From Eledone cirrhosa (Eukaryota): a DNA stretch of 64,000 nt. A model generated the notes under the pieces. It was not told where the DNA came from, did no database searches, and saw nothing but the letters and a program-made list of their open reading frames with translations. The position numbers were made by a program, and so were the translations under genes. The stretch lies in assembly GCA_964016885.1 (NCBI GenBank), contig OZ024748.1, forward strand, positions 26,350,001 to 26,414,000, given 5' to 3'. The stretch's first letter is position 1. Every line of letters starts with the position of its first letter. Shown piece by piece: positions 60,001-64,000 of the stretch.

Positions 60001-63000
60001 GACACCTACAAGCACAGCAGAAAAGATCAATGAAACTAGAACAGACACAACAGCAACAACATCACAGCTTCCTTCAACAAGTGAAATCCATATAGAAACT
60101 CCTAAATCTACTTCTGAACTGCCTCATATAACTGAAATTGAAACAAGTACAGTGGAAAGAACAACACAAATTACAGATATTGAAACTGAACGCACAACTC
60201 AGACAGAAATTACACCACAACTAACAACATCTCCTGAAGAAACAACTCTGTCTACTCAGGTAGAGGACATCGAAAAGGTGACACCAACACAAGTTGTTAG
60301 CACAATGCATACATCACCTGAAACGACAGTTGTTTCATCTCCAGAACACACCTCTATAACACCTACAGATGAACTTACTAGTATTGAATATACAACTGAG
60401 ACATCAACTGAAAAACCACTACCTATAAAGACACCTACAAGCACAGCAGAAAAGATCACTGAAACTAGAACAGACACAACAGCAACAACATCACAGCTTC
60501 CTTCAACAAGTGAAATCCATATAGAAACTCCTAAATCAACTTCTGAACAGCCTCATATAACAGACATTGAAACAAGTACAATGGAAAGAACAACACAAAT
60601 TACAGATATTGAAACTGAACGCACAACTCAGACTGAAATTACACCACAACTAACAACATCTCCTGAAGAAACAACTCTGTCTACTCAGGTAGAGGACATC
60701 GAAAGGGTGACACCAACACAAGTTGCTAGTACAATGCATACATCACCTGAAACAACAGTTGTTTCATTTCCAGAACACACCTCTATAACACCTACAGATG
60801 AACTTACTAGTATTGAATATACAACTGAGACATCAACTGAAAAACCACTACCTATAAAGACACCTACAAGCACAGCAGAAAAGATAACTGAAACTATAAT
60901 AGACACAACAGCAACAACATCACAGCTTCCTTCAACAAGTGAAATCCATATAGAAACTCCTAAATCTACTTCTGAACTGCCTCATATAACAGACATTGAA
61001 ACAAGTACAATGGAAAGAACAACACAAATTACAGATATTGAAACTGATCGCACAACTCAGACAGAAATTACACCACAACTAACAACATCTCCTGAAGAAA
61101 CAACTCTGTCTACTCAGGTAGAGGACATTGAAAAGGTGACACCAACACAAGTTGCTAGCACAATGCATACATCACCTGAAACAACAGTTGTTTCATCTCC
61201 AGAACACACCTCTTTGACACCTACAGATGAACTTACTAGTATTGAATATTCAACTGAGACATCAACTGAAAAACCACTACCTATCAGGACACCTACAAGC
61301 ACAGCAGAAAAGATCAATGAAACTAGAACAGACACAACAGCAACAACATTACAGCTTCCTTCAACAAGTGAAATCCATATAGAAACTCCTAAATCTACTT
61401 CTGAACTGCCTCATATAACTGACATTGAAACAAGTACAGTGGAACGAACAACACAAGTTACAGATATTGAAACTGAGCGCACAACTCAGACAGAAATTAC
61501 ACCACAACAAACAACATCTGAAGAAACAACACTGTCTACTCAAGTAGAGGACATCGTAAAGGTGACACCAACACAAGTTGCTAGCACAATGCATACATCA
61601 CCTGAAACAACAGTTGTTTCATCTCCAGAAATCACCTCTATAACACCTACAGATGAACTTACTAGTATTGAATATACAACTGTGACATCAACTGAAAAAC
61701 CACTACCTATAAAGACACCTACAAGCACAGCTGAAAAGATCACTGAAACTATAACAGACACAACAGCAAGAACATCACAGCTTCCTTCAACAAGTGAAAT
61801 CCATATAGAAAATCCTAAATCTACTTCTGAACAGCCTCATATAACTGACATTGAAACAAGTACAGTGGAAAGAACAACACAAATTACAGATATTGAAACT
61901 GAACGCACAACTCAGACAGAAATTACACCACAACTAACAACATCTCCTGAAGAAACAACTCTGTCTACTCAGGTAGAGGACATTGAAAAGGTGACACCAA
62001 CACAAGTTGCTAGCACAATGCATACATCACCTGAAACAACAGTTGTTTCATCTCCAGAACACACCTCTTTGACACCTACAGATGAACTTACTAGTATTGA
62101 ATATTCAACTGAGACATCAACTAAAAAACCACTACCTATAAAGACACCTACAAGCACAGCAGAAAAGATCAATGAAACTAGAACAGACACAACAGCAACA
62201 ACATCACAGCTTCCTTCAACAAGTGAAATCCATATAGAAACTCCTAAATCTACATCTGAACTGCCTCATATAACTGACATTGAAACAAGTACAGTGGAAA
62301 GAACAACACAAATTACAGATATTGAAACTGAACGCACAACTCAGACAGAAATTACACCACAACTAACAACATCTCCTGAAGAAACAACTCTGTCTACTCA
62401 GGTAGAGGACATCGAAAAGGTGACACCAACACAAGTTGTTAGCACAATGCATACATCACCTGAAACGACAGTTGTTTCATCTCCAGAACACACCTCTATA
62501 ACACCTACAGATGAACTTACTAGTATTGAATATACAACTGAGACATCAACTGAAAAACCACTACCTATCAAGACACCTACAAGCACAGCAGAAAAGATCA
62601 CTGAAACTAGAACAGACACAACAGCAACAACGTCACAGCGTCCTTCAACAAGTGAAATCCATATAGAAACTCCTAAATCTACTTCTGAACTGCCTCATAT
62701 AACTGACATTGAAACAAGTACAGTGCAAAGAACAACACAAGTTACAGATATTGAAACTGAGCGCACAACTCAGACAGAAATTACACCACAACAAACAACA
62801 TCTGAAGAAACAACACTGTCTACTCAGGTAGAGGACATCGTAAAGGTGACACCAACACAAGTTGCTAGCACAATGCATACATCACCTGAAACAACAGTTG
62901 TTTCATCTCCAGAAATCACCTCTATAACACCTACAGATGAACTTACTAGTATTGAATATACAACTGTGACATCAACTCAAAAACCACTACCTATAAAGAC

Positions 63001-64000
63001 ACCTACAAGCACAGCTGAAAAGATCACTGAAACTATAACAGACACAACAGCAACAACATCACAGCTTCTTTCAACAAGTGAAACCCATATAGAAACTCCT
63101 AAATCTACTTCTGAACTGCCTCATATAACTGACATTGAAACAAGTACAGTGGAAAGAACAACACAAATTACAGATATTGAAACTGAACGCACAACTCAGA
63201 CAGAAATTACACCACAACTAACAACATCTCCTGAAGAAACAACTCTGTCTACTCAGGTAGAGGACATCGAAAGGGTGCCACCAACACAAGTTGCTAGCAC
63301 AATGCATACATCACCTGAAACAACAGTTGTTTCATCTCCAGAACACACCTCTATAACACCTACAGATGAACTCACTAGTATTGAATATACAACTGAGACA
63401 TCAACTGAAAAACCACTACCTATCAAGACACCTACAAGCACAGCAGAAAAGATAACTGAAACTATAATAGACACAACAGCAACAACATCACAGCTTCCTT
63501 CAACAAGTGAAATCCATATAGAAACTCCTAAATCTAGTTCTGAACTGCCTCATATAACAGACATTGAAACAAGTACAATGGAAAGAACAACACAAATTAC
63601 AGATATTGAAACTGAACGCACAACTCAGACAGAAATTACACCACAACTAACAACATCTCCTGAAGAAACAACTCTGTCTACTCAGGTAGAGGACATTGAA
63701 AAGGTGACACCAACACAAGTTGCTAGCACAATGCATACATCACCTGAAACAACAGTTGTTTCATCTCCAGAACACACCTCTTTGACACCTACAGATGAAC
63801 TTACTAGTATTGAATATTCAACTGAGACATCAACTGAAATACCACTACCTATCAGGACACCTACAAGCACAGCAGAAAAGATCAATGAAACTAGAACAGA
63901 CACAACAGCAACAACATCACAGCTTCCTTCAACAAGTGAAATCCATATAGAAACTCCTAAATCTACTTCTGAACTGCCTCATATAACTGAAATTGAAACA
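2..64000 (+). CDS. Internal fragment (5' and 3' partial) of a giant mucin-like protein; PTS/Glu-rich tandem-repeat domain of about 149.5 x 143 aa, at least 21,333 aa
   Basis: I translated frame +2 by hand (act agt att gaa tat aca act gag... = TSIEYTTE...). The first unit has 43 Thr, 16 Ser, 12 Pro, 20 Glu and 5 Asp in 143 aa, and no Cys, Trp, Phe, Gly or Asn. In-frame ATGs occur in every unit (first at 206), yet the ORF track has no + strand ORF, as expected if no stop follows within the window. Unit phase is kept throughout: the repeated main minus-strand shadow ORFs all have left coordinates equal to 1 mod 3, and the last codons (act gaa att gaa aca, ending 64000) are still in frame 2. Confidence 0.88.
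1597..1989 (+). repeat. Short unit (393 bp) with an in-frame 36-bp deletion (QVASTMHTSPET lost)
   Basis: At 1621 the sequence reads GACACCAACA ACAGTTGTTT instead of GACACCAACA CAAGTTGCTAGC...GAAACA ACAGTTGTTT. Confidence 0.95.
19579..23868 (+). repeat. Higher-order repeat with a 3-unit (1287-bp) period
   Basis: Diagnostic variants recur at 1287-bp spacing: GTAACGACA (about 20234, 21521, 22808), GAACAGATC (about 20630, 21917, 23204) and GAAGGAACA (about 19907, 21194). Confidence 0.85.
29017..29496 (+). repeat. Rearranged unit (480 bp, net +51 bp) with two in-frame junctions
   Basis: Junction 1 at 29266/29267 (CCT TTA | AGA ACA ACA CAA) skips 81 bp. Junction 2 at about 29365 (TCT ACT | CAT ATA ACA GAC) re-enters the unit 132 bp earlier. 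Confidence 0.93.
29497..29889 (+). repeat. Second short unit (393 bp) carrying the same 36-bp deletion
   Basis: GACACCAACA ACAGTTGTTT at 29521, the same junction as at 1621. Confidence 0.95.
33322..33747 (+). repeat. Unit with a single Pro codon deleted (SS[P]EH), 426 bp
   Basis: TCA TCT GAA CAC at 33401-33412 versus consensus TCA TCT CCA GAA CAC. Confidence 0.93.
35464..35820 (+). repeat. Short unit (357 bp) with an in-frame 72-bp deletion (DELTSIEYTTETSTEKPLPIKTPT lost)
   Basis: TCT ATA ACA CCT ACA AGC ACA at 35561-35581 joins the two ACACCTACA direct repeats of the unit. Confidence 0.95.
37082..62806 (+). repeat. Family of eight dispersed 426-bp units sharing a Pro codon deletion (TTS[P]EE)
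   Basis: ACA TCT GAA GAA with TCT at 37082, 41369, 46943, 51230, 55088, 58517, 61517 and 62801. Confidence 0.92.
54256..63252 (+). repeat. Three dispersed copies of a 3-unit block (54256-55539, 57685-58968, 61969-63252)
   Basis: Each copy has the same ordered variants: TCTTTGACA, TATTCAACT, ACTAAAAAA, ATCAATGAA, TCTACATCT; then GTTGTTAGC, CAGCGTCCT, GTGCAAAGA, the 3-bp deletion; then GAAATCACC, ACTCAAAAA, CTTCTTTCA, GAAACCCAT. Confidence 0.9.

Larger units (their letters stand above)
1..64000 (+). repeat. Coding tandem repeat array (VNTR/macrosatellite), 429-bp unit, about 149.5 highly similar copies, truncated at both window edges
   Basis: Landmarks such as ACTAGTATTGAA (2, 431, ...) and TCAGGTAGAGGAC (310, 739, 1168, ...) recur every 429 bp. 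The only spacing deviations are 393, 480, 426 and 357 bp, all explained by in-frame indels. Confidence 0.99.

Noticed and set aside
557-62878. Minus-strand Cys-rich 60-78 aa ORFs (MHCASNLCWCH...) resembling metallothionein or toxin peptides
   Set aside because: TGT codons are simply the reverse complement of ACA (Thr). These ORFs appear only in units where a CTA to CAA type change removes an antisense stop.
310-63903. About 145 minus-strand 61-122 aa hydrophobic ORFs (MSVxVSVIFSAVLVGV...) resembling small membrane proteins
   Set aside because: They are antisense shadows of the Thr/Glu-rich frame: ACA/ACT-rich sense DNA reads as Val/Ser-rich on the reverse strand. They mostly rely on alternative starts, are stopped in every unit and are broken by variants that leave frame +2 intact.
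1-64000. CRISPR array or other repeat-spacer system
   Set aside because: There are no unique spacers; the whole 429-bp unit is repeated head to tail, and no cas or other gene is present.
1-64000. Non-coding satellite (centromeric-type) DNA
   Set aside because: The unit length is a multiple of three, one frame stays open for 64 kb, all indels are in frame and the internal sub-repeat shows synonymous-only divergence.
1-64000. Pure assembly or sequencing artefact (for example a concatemer)
   Set aside because: Units differ by structured, shared, hierarchical variants and in-frame indels, not random errors. The exact copy number could still be mis-assembled and needs read support.
2-64000. Assignment to a named gene (MUC2, MUC5AC, MUC16, MUC17, dumpy, zonadhesin) or to a bacterial serine-rich adhesin
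   Set aside because: No diagnostic domain is in the window and I do not recognise the unit sequence. Compositional similarity alone does not justify a gene symbol, and a non-animal origin cannot be formally excluded.

Overview
The whole 64,000-bp window is one uninterrupted tandem array of a 429-bp unit (about 149.5 copies), with no unique sequence, no start context and no end. On the + strand, frame 2 (positions 2-64000, 21,333 codons) reads open from edge to edge. It encodes a 143-aa Thr/Ser/Pro/Glu-rich repeat: TSIEYTTETSTEKPLPIKTPTSTAEKITETITDTTATTSQLPSTSEIHIETPKSTSELPHITDIETSTMERTTQITDIETERTTQTEITPQLTTSPEETTLSTQVEDIEKVTPTQVASTMHTSPETTVVSSPEHTSITPTDEL. This looks like the PTS (mucin-type O-glycosylated) domain of a giant, most likely animal, mucin-like gene, apparently a single coding exon of at least 64 kb (about 2.3 MDa of polypeptide in this window alone). 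The supplied ORF track omits it because it has no stop codon in the window; the short minus-strand ORFs it lists are antisense shadows of the repeat. Every indel I found is in frame. Unit variants form regional families and higher-order repeats. Gene identity and organism cannot be determined because no N- or C-terminal domain is in view.
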